64,000 nucleotides of DNA from a bacterium (GTDB lineage Bacteria; Patescibacteriota; Microgenomatia; Daviesbacterales; UBA10151). Each line of letters starts with the position of its first letter. The stretch's first letter is position 1. The translations under genes were made by a program, and so were the position numbers. A model generated the notes under the pieces. The model searched no databases. It had not been told where the DNA came from and saw only the letters and a program-made list of their open reading frames with translations. The stretch covers positions 52,537-116,536 of the forward strand of contig JAJYNW010000005.1 of assembly GCA_021786105.1 (NCBI GenBank), in the 5' to 3' direction. Positions 8,323 to 16,705 of the stretch are shown here, in pieces.

Positions 8323-10034
8323 AGTTGTGGATCAAAAATAATTGGACCTTCCTTTTGGGGCTAATTCTGACATTAGCCCTGCTTTGGCCCCTCTTTCAGG
8401 CTCCTTATTTCTCACAACATGACGATGTTCAGACTATCCGGCTTTATGAAATGGATAAATGCTTCAAGGATGGCCAGATTCCCTGCCGCTGGGTTCCTGA
8501 CTTGGGAGGATTATACGGATACCCGCTGTTTAATTACTATGCGCCTCTCCCATATTACTATGGGGAAATATTTTATTCACTAACCCACAGTTTGCTTTTC
8601 TCTGCCAAATTAATGTTCGTCACCGCTTTTGTCGGTTCTTTCATCTTCATGTTTCTTCTTGCAAGAAAGTTGTGGGGGGGTTATGGAGCCCTAATTTCGG
8701 GAGTGTTTTATGCCTATGCTCCTTATCATGCTGTTGATTTTTATGTCCGAGGAGCAATGGAAGAAATGTGGGCCTTAATGCTTTTTCCGGCAATTCTTTG
8801 GGCGCTATTCCGTTTAAAGGAATCGACACGGATTTATAACGTCATGCTCCTTGGCTTGTTTTTAGCCTTGTTAATGCTTTCGCATAATTTAAGTGCCATG
8901 ATTTTTCTGCCAATTATCTTCACCTTAGTGGTGTTTTTTATGTGGCAAAAAAGGGATTTTAGGCTTTTAAAACTTGTTGTCCTTTCGGGAGTATTAGCAT
9001 TTCTTCTTTCGGCTTTTTATTTTTTACCAATGGTAGCAGAGAAAAATTTGGTGCATGTTGAAACAACAGTTGAGGGTTATTTTTCCTATACTGAACATTT
9101 CAAAGGTTTATATAAACTTTTCATTCAGCGGAATTGGGGTTGGGGTGCATCAGTGAGGGAAGTTCCTGGTGGGGAAAAAGACGGAATGTCTTTTCAGATA
9201 GGATGGGTTCATCTTTTAGGATGGTTCCTGGCTTTGGCTACTGCTGCCTATCTCTGGAAAAAGGATAGACCTAAGAGTCTCCTCTTGGTTATGTTCTCGC
9301 TTTTTACGGTTGCTAGTGTATTTATGATTCATCCACGATCAGAATTCATTTGGAAGTTAATTGACCCCCTTAAATATTTACAATTTCCCTGGAGATTCTT
9401 GATGTTAATTATCTTTTTTGTGTCTTTGATGTCAGGGAGTATTTTTGTTTGGTTGAGCAAGAAAAAAGCAATTCTGCTCCTTTCGGGGCTGATTATTTTG
9501 GTGGTTGCGGCAAACTTTACCTATTTCCGGCCTGAAAAATTTATTCAAGTGACTGACCAGCAACTTTTAACTGGTAAAAATTGGGATACGGAAATTAAGC
9601 GTTCGATATTTGATTTCCTGCCGATTTACGCCCAAGAGCCGCCGGCAGAATTGGCCACAACCAGGTATCAAGTTGTTGTGGGTAATGCTAAGGTAACCAA
9701 CTTCAAAGAAGGGACTAATTGGTTTAACTTTAATGCCAACATTGATACCCACACCATACTCTTGTTGTCCCAATATTATTTCCCTAATTGGAAAGTTTAT
9801 GTTGATGGTCAAGAAGTAAAAGTGGAGTACAAGAATAACCATCTTGGTTTAATGAGTTTGATTATTGGGCCGGGAAACCATTATATTTCAGGGAAGCTTG
9901 AGAATACCACCATCCGCTCTGCCGGCAATTTGATTAGCCTTGGAGGGGTATTAATTTTCTTATTATTAATACCAACTCAGATTCCCAGTACAAGAAGGTG
10001 GCTTACTTACTATTTGAAAGCATTATATAGGTAG
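8310..10034 (+). CDS. YfhO-like GT-C-fold membrane glycosyltransferase (tandem paralog 2)
   Basis: Clear paralog of 6667..8322 (IRLYEMDKCFKDGQIPCRWVPD vs ARIYEMDKALKIGQFPVRWVPD). C-terminal YYFPNWKVYVDGQEV motif plus a terminal TM. Confidence 0.55.
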   Translation: MVNLKLWIKNNWTFLLGLILTLALLWPLFQAPYFSQHDDVQTIRLYEMDKCFKDGQIPCRWVPDLGGLYGYPLFNYYAPLPYYYGEIFYSLTHSLLFSAKLMFVTAFVGSFIFMFLLARKLWGGYGALISGVFYAYAPYHAVDFYVRGAMEEMWALMLFPAILWALFRLKESTRIYNVMLLGLFLALLMLSHNLSAMIFLPIIFTLVVFFMWQKRDFRLLKLVVLSGVLAFLLSAFYFLPMVAEKNLVHVETTVEGYFSYTEHFKGLYKLFIQRNWGWGASVREVPGGEKDGMSFQIGWVHLLGWFLALATAAYLWKKDRPKSLLLVMFSLFTVASVFMIHPRSEFIWKLIDPLKYLQFPWRFLMLIIFFVSLMSGSIFVWLSKKKAILLLSGLIILVVAANFTYFRPEKFIQVTDQQLLTGKNWDTEIKRSIFDFLPIYAQEPPAELATTRYQVVVGNAKVTNFKEGTNWFNFNANIDTHTILLLSQYYFPNWKVYVDGQEVKVEYKNNHLGLMSLIIGPGNHYISGKLENTTIRSAGNLISLGGVLIFLLLIPTQIPSTRRWLTYYLKALYR

Positions 10035-10041
10035 ACTATAA

Positions 10042-10203
10042 CCGCTTTGCCAGAACAGTGCATTTAAATTCTGAGTAAATTTGGCAAAGATAAGCGGAGC
10101 TTGCGACCTTCGGTCTAATGGTTTCAAACTTCCGCAGTTTAATGCTAGCAAAGCGGATGTAAACTTGAAAGGAGAAAATGCAGACTTTCGGTCTGCGGAA
10201 GTT
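10042..10203 (+). promoter_or_regulatory. structured intergenic leader with nested and mutually exclusive inverted repeats upstream of or around the Wzx start
   Basis: CCGCTTTGCCAG (10042..10053) pairs with TTGGCAAAG..GCGG (10081..10097). GACCTTCGGTC hairpin at 10105..10115. AACTTCCGCAG (10127..10137) is perfectly complementary to CTGCGGAAGTT (10193..10203), enclosing AAAGGAG and ATG 10178. Confidence 0.4.
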
Positions 10204-11698
10204 TATGGAAGACATTAATGCGGATGAGCACTTGGATGCTACAGGTGAAATTACAATCGAAACGGTTAAAAAAAGAGCAGTTGGCGGAATAGCTGCTTTA
10301 ACCGGGAGAACAATATTTTTTCAGGGTGTAACCCTTATCGCCACTTTCTTTCTGACTGTTTTTTTAAATCCCGGCCAGTATGGTGTGTTTTATATTGTTT
10401 CGGCGGTAGTAGGATTTTTTGCCAAATTTGATATGGGTTTGGCTGCAGCGTTAGTCCAAAAGAAGGATCACCCTGCACCGCAAGACTTAAAAACTGCATT
10501 TACGATCCAAAACTCGATAGTGCTCACTTTTGTTATCCTTATTTTTCTGACTACTCCTTTTATCTCTAGTTGGCAGCACCTAAACCAAGAAAGCACTTAT
10601 TTGCTTTGGGCTTTAGCTTTGGGGTTATTAATAGCATCTTTAAAAAGTATTCCCTCAACTCTTTTAGAAAGAGAATTGAATTTCAGCAGATATGTTATTC
10701 CTCAAATGGTGGAACAGTTATTGTTCTATACAGTGGCAGTATTTCTGGCTTGGCGGGGTTTAGGGGTAACCAGCTACACCGTTGCTGTATTGGTAAGCGG
10801 AGTATCGGGACTAATCTTGATTTATATTTTGCGTCCCTGGAAACCCGGGATTGCTTGGGATGGAAAATCTTTTAGGAATTTGCTTCGTTATGGGATACCT
10901 TACCAATTTAATACCATTTTGGCTTCAATTAAGGATGATGGCATGACTCTGGTATTGGGTGGAATCTTAGGGTCAGCGAATTACGGCTTGTTAGTTTGGG
11001 CCAAAAAGTGGGCTGAAGCTCCCCTCCGGTTCTTTATGGACCAGGTCATTAAGGTGACATTTCCAGCCTATTCCCGGATGCAAGACAACCAGGAAGAGCT
11101 TTCAAAAGCTGTAACAAAATCCTTGTTATTCATTTGTCTTTTGGTTTTTCCGGCGTTGGCTGGATTAGTCATCCTGGCTCCTTCTTTAGTTAATCTAATT
11201 CCCCGATATGGGAAGTGGGAACCTGCATTATTTGCCCTGGCGCTAATTTCCATAAACTCAGCTTGGGCAGCAATAACTACTCCTTTAACTAATGTGCTGA
11301 TGGCTATCGGGAAAATAAAAACTACTTCCCGCTTGATGGTCATGTGGACAGTACTTACTTGGGTACTTTTCCCGCTGCTTGCTTATCTTTACGGAATAAA
11401 CGGGGTAGCGTGGGGTTATGTTGTGGTAGGATGCAGCTCGCTGGTTGCTGTTCTGGTTGCTTTGAAATCTGTTAAAGTTGATATCCTCTCATGTATTGGT
11501 AAGCCTTTGTTTTCAACCCTAATTTTTGCTTTAGCTTTATTAGCCGGCCGTCAACTATTGCCCTTATCTTGGATCAGCTTTTTCTCTATTTTAATGTTCG
11601 GGTTATTAATATACCTGTTTTTTACCTTCCTGCTTTTGGGGCCGACTCTGAGCAAAGATGCTAAAAAATTAGCTTTAGGAATTAGGGGGAGGATCTAG
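10178..11698 (+). CDS. Wzx/PST-family (MOP superfamily) oligosaccharide flippase
   Basis: About 12-14 TM helices and an LNPGQYGVF motif near TM1 typical of polysaccharide-biosynthesis (PST) proteins. The alternative in-frame start ATG 10205 is favoured by the conserved upstream palindrome (see findings). Confidence 0.7.
   Translation: MQTFGLRKFMEDINADEHLDATGEITIETVKKRAVGGIAALTGRTIFFQGVTLIATFFLTVFLNPGQYGVFYIVSAVVGFFAKFDMGLAAALVQKKDHPAPQDLKTAFTIQNSIVLTFVILIFLTTPFISSWQHLNQESTYLLWALALGLLIASLKSIPSTLLERELNFSRYVIPQMVEQLLFYTVAVFLAWRGLGVTSYTVAVLVSGVSGLILIYILRPWKPGIAWDGKSFRNLLRYGIPYQFNTILASIKDDGMTLVLGGILGSANYGLLVWAKKWAEAPLRFFMDQVIKVTFPAYSRMQDNQEELSKAVTKSLLFICLLVFPALAGLVILAPSLVNLIPRYGKWEPALFALALISINSAWAAITTPLTNVLMAIGKIKTTSRLMVMWTVLTWVLFPLLAYLYGINGVAWGYVVVGCSSLVAVLVALKSVKVDILSCIGKPLFSTLIFALALLAGRQLLPLSWISFFSILMFGLLIYLFFTFLLLGPTLSKDAKKLALGIRGRI
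10181..10195. promoter_or_regulatory. 15-bp palindrome CAGACTTTCGGTCTG, 9 nt upstream of in-frame ATG 10205 of the Wzx gene
   Basis: Perfect 5+5 inverted repeat. Near-identical copy at 15170..15184 with identical spacing to a start codon; core GACCTTCGGTC also at 10105..10115. Confidence 0.45.
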
Positions 11699-14600
11699 GT
11701 GCTTAAAAGATTATTCCTTGTATTAAGTATATTCTTTTTAGTATTGTCCTTTTTATTTGTCCCTAAAAAGGTACAAGCTGCAGATAACTCCTTTGTAAAT
11801 ATAGTTAATCCTGTGAGGGGAGCAGATTTTTGGGATTTAAAAGGCCAAAAACCGGTAGATAGTGTTTTAGGGGAAGCCGAAATCCTAAAACAAGCAAACT
11901 TGCCTGCTACGTGGCTCATCCGCTTTGATGCCTTAAATGACAATCAAGTTACAGATGTTATTAAAAATTTACCCCAAAATCATGAAATTGGTTTGTTTTT
12001 AGAGGTCACTCCTACTTGGACTAAGGCAGCAAATGTAAATTATAAATCTTCAGGCAGTTGGCATGGAGCAGGGAGTGCATTTTTGACCGGTTATGAACCT
12101 TCTGAGAGAGAAAAATTAATAGATAGTGCCTTTGATAATTTCAAAAGAATTTACGGTTACTATCCCAAGTCTATTGGTGCCTGGTATATCGATAGTTACT
12201 CCTTAAGTTACATGCAGAAAAAATATGGAATTGTGGGGGCATTAATTGTTGCCGATCAACACAGTACCGATAGCTATCAAATCTGGGGACAATTTTGGTC
12301 AACCCCTTATTATCCTTCCTCAAAAAATACCCTGATACCGGCCCAAAATTCTGAAGATAAATTACCTGTAGTCATTACCCAATGGGCGGCGCGTGACCCT
12401 CTAAACGGATATGGCAAAGGGGTAGAGGAGAGTACCTACAGTGTTCAGCCAAATGATTATATTGATTACCATAATTTGGGCACTAACTACTTTTCTAATC
12501 TCTTAGATATCTACACTTCCCAAAATTTGAATCAATTTAACCAAATTGTAGTTGGATTGGAGAACACTTACTCCTGGAAAAAGTATCAATCTGAATATCA
12601 AAATCAAATAAACATTATCTCTGCAAAGAATAAATCAGGGCAGTTTGGGGTGAATACTATGAAAGATTTCGCGGGCTGGTACATGAATAAATTTACCGGT
12701 GTTTCCCCGACTCAAGTGGTAGTGGCTAAGGATCCGCTCGGAACGGATAAATTTGCAGTATGGTTTATGAATCCATTCTATCGGGCTGGATGGGTTTATA
12801 ACCAGGATGGAAGTTTATTCCGTGATGTAAGGCCTTATACCGAGGGGAGGGATGAACAGTGTTACTCAGTTTCCTGTGACAAACTGGAGTTTGCCACTTT
12901 TGCGCTTTGGACGATTGATGAAATTACCAGAAATCAAAAGTTTGTTTTGGATCCGGGTAAAGTTAAAGACATTGAGTTAGCTAAAGATGGTCAAAACTAT
13001 TTGCTCAAGTACTCTAATGAAGCAGGAAGAACACGGGAGGTGACTTTTATGCCCCGCGATATTGGGGTTGATGGAAAAGTTAAATCAATAGATGCCTTTA
13101 TCTTGGATGCGACTTCCGGCAGCCAAGGAGGGCAAACTACAAAGGAAAAATATCCCGAAAGCAATATCAAAGTACCGGCTCCCAATATTCCTCTGTTTTT
13201 GGGATCAATTTTGAAATTTGTGCTATTTTTGATATTCGCTTTATTTATTCCGGGGTTTGTGCTTTTGGGAAGGACCAAAGAATTACATATTTTAAACAGG
13301 GCTTTTCTTTCAATTTGTATAGGAATTGTCGGGATTACTGTTCTTTCGTATTTAACAGGGTACCTAAAGATAGGGTGGATAGCTTATCTCTATATAGCTG
13401 TGTTTTTGTTGATTTTTATATCGCGGAGATTTCACCATGATCTTAAAATAGACAAATCAGAAATTAGGTTCTCAAAGGTATCAGCTGCCATTCTTTTGGT
13501 AATTGTAGCAGGTACTATTTTCCAGTCTTTAGCCATGATCCGATCTGGTTGGCCTTACAGCTTTGGTTTAGGTTTTTGGGGACCAATCGGGCACGACGGC
13601 ATTTGGCATCAGGCATTAATTAACCAATTACTACAAAATGTTCCGCCTCAGAACCCCGGTTTTGCGGGTAATACTCTTTCTAACTATCATTACTTTTATG
13701 ACCTCCTTGTTGCCGTTACGGCGGCATTAACTCAAATACCAGTTCTGGATTTGTTGTACAGGTTTTATCCGGTGCTCTTATCGTTGCTGCTGGGAGCGGG
13801 GACTTATTTTTTGGTGATGAAATTGTCAAAGAGTAAAATTGCCGCTTTGTTGTCCTTATATTTTGTTTATTTTGCAGGCAGTTTTGGATGGATGGTAGAG
13901 TTTATTAAACAAAGGCACTTTGGTGGTGAATCATCTTTTTGGGCGAACCAACCGGTTTCTGCAAACCTGAATCCCCCCTTTGCAATCTCTTTGGTTTTGC
14001 TGGTTGCTTTAATGGTACTTGTTTCTTACATAAGAGAACGTAACCTCAGACTAGGTTTTTTGGTGGCGCTAACTGCCGGGTCATTAATTGAGTTTAAAGT
14101 GTATGCCGGTGTTATTGTTTTGGGAGGGCTATTTGCCACTGCGCTCTTGCAGTTTTTACAAAAAAGAGATTTATCGGCAATGAAAATGTTTTTTGGGGCA
14201 TTGGTGTTATCGCTGGTAGTTTTTCTGCCCCAAAACAGTAAGTCGGGTGAGCTTTTAGTGTTTTCTCCTTTTTGGTTTGTGAATTCAATGATTAATTTCC
14301 CCGATAGGGTAGGTTGGGAAAGACTGGCTTTAGCTCTTCAAGTGGCTCCCTTAAGGGGGGAATGGCTTAAGTTCTTTGTGGTAGAAGGGATAGCTTTGTT
14401 AATTTTTATAGTTGGAAACTTGGGGACCAGATTTTTGGCACTGTTTTCTTTGCCTGTATTTTTTAAGAGGAGATTATGGGAAATGCCCGAGTATCTTTTA
14501 ATTATTTTTATGTCCGCTCTGGCTTTTTTAATTCCGGTATTTTTTATTCAAAAGGGTAATCCCTGGAATACGATCCAATTTTTCTATTATTTCATTTACT

Positions 14601-15163
14601 TTGTGGCTATTTTTACGGGGGATGCCTTAATAGCTATAAGGAAACATCTGCCAAAATATTTAAGTTTTGTTCTTTTGGGAATTTTGCTAATAATTACTCC
14701 CATTAATGCTTTTGTGACGTTTACCAGCTATCTTTCCTCGTCTTCTCCCTCAAGGCTTACCGGCGGAGAGTATGCAGGACTTAGCTTTTTGCACAAACTT
14801 CCCGATGGTGTTGTATTGACTTATCCTTTTGATAAGAATGAGCGTTCTAAATTTAACGACCCGTTCCCCTTGCTAATTTATGATACAAGCAACTATGTTT
14901 CTGCTTTTTCAGGAAAACCAGTGTTTGTGGAAGATGAAATTCAGCAGGAAATTTTGCAAAATGATTACCAAAAGAGATTAGTAGAGGCCTCCGATTTCTT
15001 TAATGGAAGGGATCCCAAATGGTCTGCTAATTTCTTAAAGCAAAACAATATTAAATATATTTATCTTCCGAAGATATTCTCTGTTTCACTTGATGAAGAA
15101 TCGCTTAATTTAAAAAAGGTTTATGATAATGAAGAGGTGGATGTTTATGTTCGTCAGAACTAA
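11699..15163 (+). CDS. large fusion protein: signal peptide + ~500 aa extracytoplasmic domain + C-terminal polytopic HGHDG-x-WH GT-C-like membrane module
   Basis: GTG start directly after the upstream stop, with GGGGGAGGA 7 nt upstream. N-terminus MLKRLFLVLSIFFLVLSFLFVPKKVQA/AD is a classic signal peptide. Residues ~520-1154 are clearly homologous to the whole of 18570..20543 (shared HDG[IM]WH, NPxFAG, FAGSFG, GGES-FWA blocks). Confidence 0.5.
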   Translation: MLKRLFLVLSIFFLVLSFLFVPKKVQAADNSFVNIVNPVRGADFWDLKGQKPVDSVLGEAEILKQANLPATWLIRFDALNDNQVTDVIKNLPQNHEIGLFLEVTPTWTKAANVNYKSSGSWHGAGSAFLTGYEPSEREKLIDSAFDNFKRIYGYYPKSIGAWYIDSYSLSYMQKKYGIVGALIVADQHSTDSYQIWGQFWSTPYYPSSKNTLIPAQNSEDKLPVVITQWAARDPLNGYGKGVEESTYSVQPNDYIDYHNLGTNYFSNLLDIYTSQNLNQFNQIVVGLENTYSWKKYQSEYQNQINIISAKNKSGQFGVNTMKDFAGWYMNKFTGVSPTQVVVAKDPLGTDKFAVWFMNPFYRAGWVYNQDGSLFRDVRPYTEGRDEQCYSVSCDKLEFATFALWTIDEITRNQKFVLDPGKVKDIELAKDGQNYLLKYSNEAGRTREVTFMPRDIGVDGKVKSIDAFILDATSGSQGGQTTKEKYPESNIKVPAPNIPLFLGSILKFVLFLIFALFIPGFVLLGRTKELHILNRAFLSICIGIVGITVLSYLTGYLKIGWIAYLYIAVFLLIFISRRFHHDLKIDKSEIRFSKVSAAILLVIVAGTIFQSLAMIRSGWPYSFGLGFWGPIGHDGIWHQALINQLLQNVPPQNPGFAGNTLSNYHYFYDLLVAVTAALTQIPVLDLLYRFYPVLLSLLLGAGTYFLVMKLSKSKIAALLSLYFVYFAGSFGWMVEFIKQRHFGGESSFWANQPVSANLNPPFAISLVLLVALMVLVSYIRERNLRLGFLVALTAGSLIEFKVYAGVIVLGGLFATALLQFLQKRDLSAMKMFFGALVLSLVVFLPQNSKSGELLVFSPFWFVNSMINFPDRVGWERLALALQVAPLRGEWLKFFVVEGIALLIFIVGNLGTRFLALFSLPVFFKRRLWEMPEYLLIIFMSALAFLIPVFFIQKGNPWNTIQFFYYFIYFVAIFTGDALIAIRKHLPKYLSFVLLGILLIITPINAFVTFTSYLSSSSPSRLTGGEYAGLSFLHKLPDGVVLTYPFDKNERSKFNDPFPLLIYDTSNYVSAFSGKPVFVEDEIQQEILQNDYQKRLVEASDFFNGRDPKWSANFLKQNNIKYIYLPKIFSVSLDEESLNLKKVYDNEEVDVYVRQN

Positions 15164-15169
15164 AACAAA

Positions 15170-15184
15170 CAGACCGAAGGTCTG
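15170..15184. promoter_or_regulatory. 15-bp palindrome CAGACCGAAGGTCTG, 9 nt upstream of ATG 15194 (ArnT-like gene)
   Basis: Same palindrome as at 10181..10195 (one central mismatch) followed by YGNAAGTTT then ATG in both cases. Confidence 0.45.
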
Positions 15185-15193
15185 TGCAAGTTT

Positions 15194-16705
15194 ATGAAAC
15201 TCAGATTTAAAAATTATATCCCAATTATTCTTATTATCCTCCTGGCAATATTTTTGCGGTTTGTAAACATCAATTCTAATCCTCCTTCTATGTATGGAGA
15301 TGAACTTACCTTAGTCTATGATGCTTATTCAATCCTAAAGACAGGACATGACCAAACCGGAGCTTTTCTGCCCTTAACATTTGCCATGAGTGAAGGTAGG
15401 CCACCTGCTTATGTCTACCTAACTGTACCATTGGTGGCGGCATTTGGTCCTACGGCGTTTGCTGCAAGATTTTTCTCTCTGGTCTCGGGCGTAGGAATTG
15501 TTCTTTTACTCTATCTTATACTTAAATCGTTAGTTTCTGAACGGGTTGCAACAATTGGAGCTCTATTTGCGGCAATTTCTCCTTGGGATTTATCACTTTC
15601 CCGGGGTGGATTCGAAACCCATCTGGCTCTGTTCTTGTCGCTTTTGGGAGTATATGCAGCTGTTCGTGCCAAGGTCCGTCCTTGGTATTTATTGATTTCT
15701 GGGATCTCATTTGGTTTGGCAATCTTCACATATCACTCATATAAAGTTGTGGTTCCGGCGTTTTTACCATTCTTGTTGTGGTTTATTGATTTAAAACAAC
15801 TAATTAAAGATAAAAAATTTCGAAAGAGTTTCATTATCGGGGCGACTGCATTTTTGTTTTTTGTTTCATTCTGGTTATATCAGGTAATTGGAGGATCGGA
15901 AATCCGTTTTCAAAATACCAGTCTCTTAAGCAATGCTAAACTCTCATCTACTATAACCGAAAAGGTTAATACCGAGAGAACTTTAGATAACTCACCTTTT
16001 AAAGTTATCATTCACAATAGACCAGTGGAGTATTTAACAACTTTAGGGGATAACTATTTTTCTCATTTTTCTTTTGATTTTCTTTTTTTGCATGGAGACG
16101 GAAATCCTCGGCATAACCAGGGGTTAATGGGGGAAATGTATATTGCTGATTCATTGTTGGTATTGCTGGGAATAATTTTTCTTTGGCAAAAATACAAGAA
16201 AGTTGCGCTCCTTTTGGGAGGTTGGATGATAGTTTCGCCCTTAGCTACGATGGTAGTTTCTCCAGCTCATGCTTTAAGAAGCACATTCCTTCTACCACCG
16301 CTTTTAATCTTATCTGCAACAGGTTTTACATATCTTCTGGAATTATCGCGTGATAAATGGGTAGCAAAATTAGTGTTTTTTGCAGTGGTACTTGGCATAA
16401 TAACCCAATTCATTTTTCTTGTAGATAGAGTTTATTACTTATACCCCAAGCAGTTTGGAAATTTTTGGAGTCTGTCTGCAAAAACCGCATCCGAAGATGC
16501 ATTGGCTGAAAGCAAAAAATATGATTATGTCGTTTTATCTGACCAAATTGATAGCATCAATTTAGCTTTTCCTGTTTATGTAAAAGTTGACCCAAATCAA
16601 GTTATTTCCCAGTATAATCAAAACGTTAGAAATTTTGGTAATATTTATATTGGCAAGGTATCCAATTTGCCGGGTAATGTTTTATACATAAAAAATAATC
16701 AATGA
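15194..16705 (+). CDS. GT-C-fold membrane glycosyltransferase, ArnT/PMT_2-like
   Basis: YGDELTLVYDAYS loop (DE motif) and multi-TM core. Paralogous to the 32270/33919/35423 triplet. Confidence 0.7.
   Translation: MKLRFKNYIPIILIILLAIFLRFVNINSNPPSMYGDELTLVYDAYSILKTGHDQTGAFLPLTFAMSEGRPPAYVYLTVPLVAAFGPTAFAARFFSLVSGVGIVLLLYLILKSLVSERVATIGALFAAISPWDLSLSRGGFETHLALFLSLLGVYAAVRAKVRPWYLLISGISFGLAIFTYHSYKVVVPAFLPFLLWFIDLKQLIKDKKFRKSFIIGATAFLFFVSFWLYQVIGGSEIRFQNTSLLSNAKLSSTITEKVNTERTLDNSPFKVIIHNRPVEYLTTLGDNYFSHFSFDFLFLHGDGNPRHNQGLMGEMYIADSLLVLLGIIFLWQKYKKVALLLGGWMIVSPLATMVVSPAHALRSTFLLPPLLILSATGFTYLLELSRDKWVAKLVFFAVVLGIITQFIFLVDRVYYLYPKQFGNFWSLSAKTASEDALAESKKYDYVVLSDQIDSINLAFPVYVKVDPNQVISQYNQNVRNFGNIYIGKVSNLPGNVLYIKNNQ

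Noticed and set aside
10097-10137. tRNA-like features (GCGGAG ... CTTCCGC acceptor-like pairing, GGTTTCAAAC resembling a T-loop)
   Set aside because: Only about 40 nt between the paired ends, far too short for a tRNA cloverleaf; better explained as part of the structured leader hairpins.
15164-15193. Rho-independent terminator after the 1154-aa gene (hairpin CAGACC-GAA-GGTCTG)
   Set aside because: The stem is short and followed by TGCAAGTTT rather than a U-tract. The same palindrome occurs right in front of another gene start at identical spacing, so an operator or 5' element reading is preferred.
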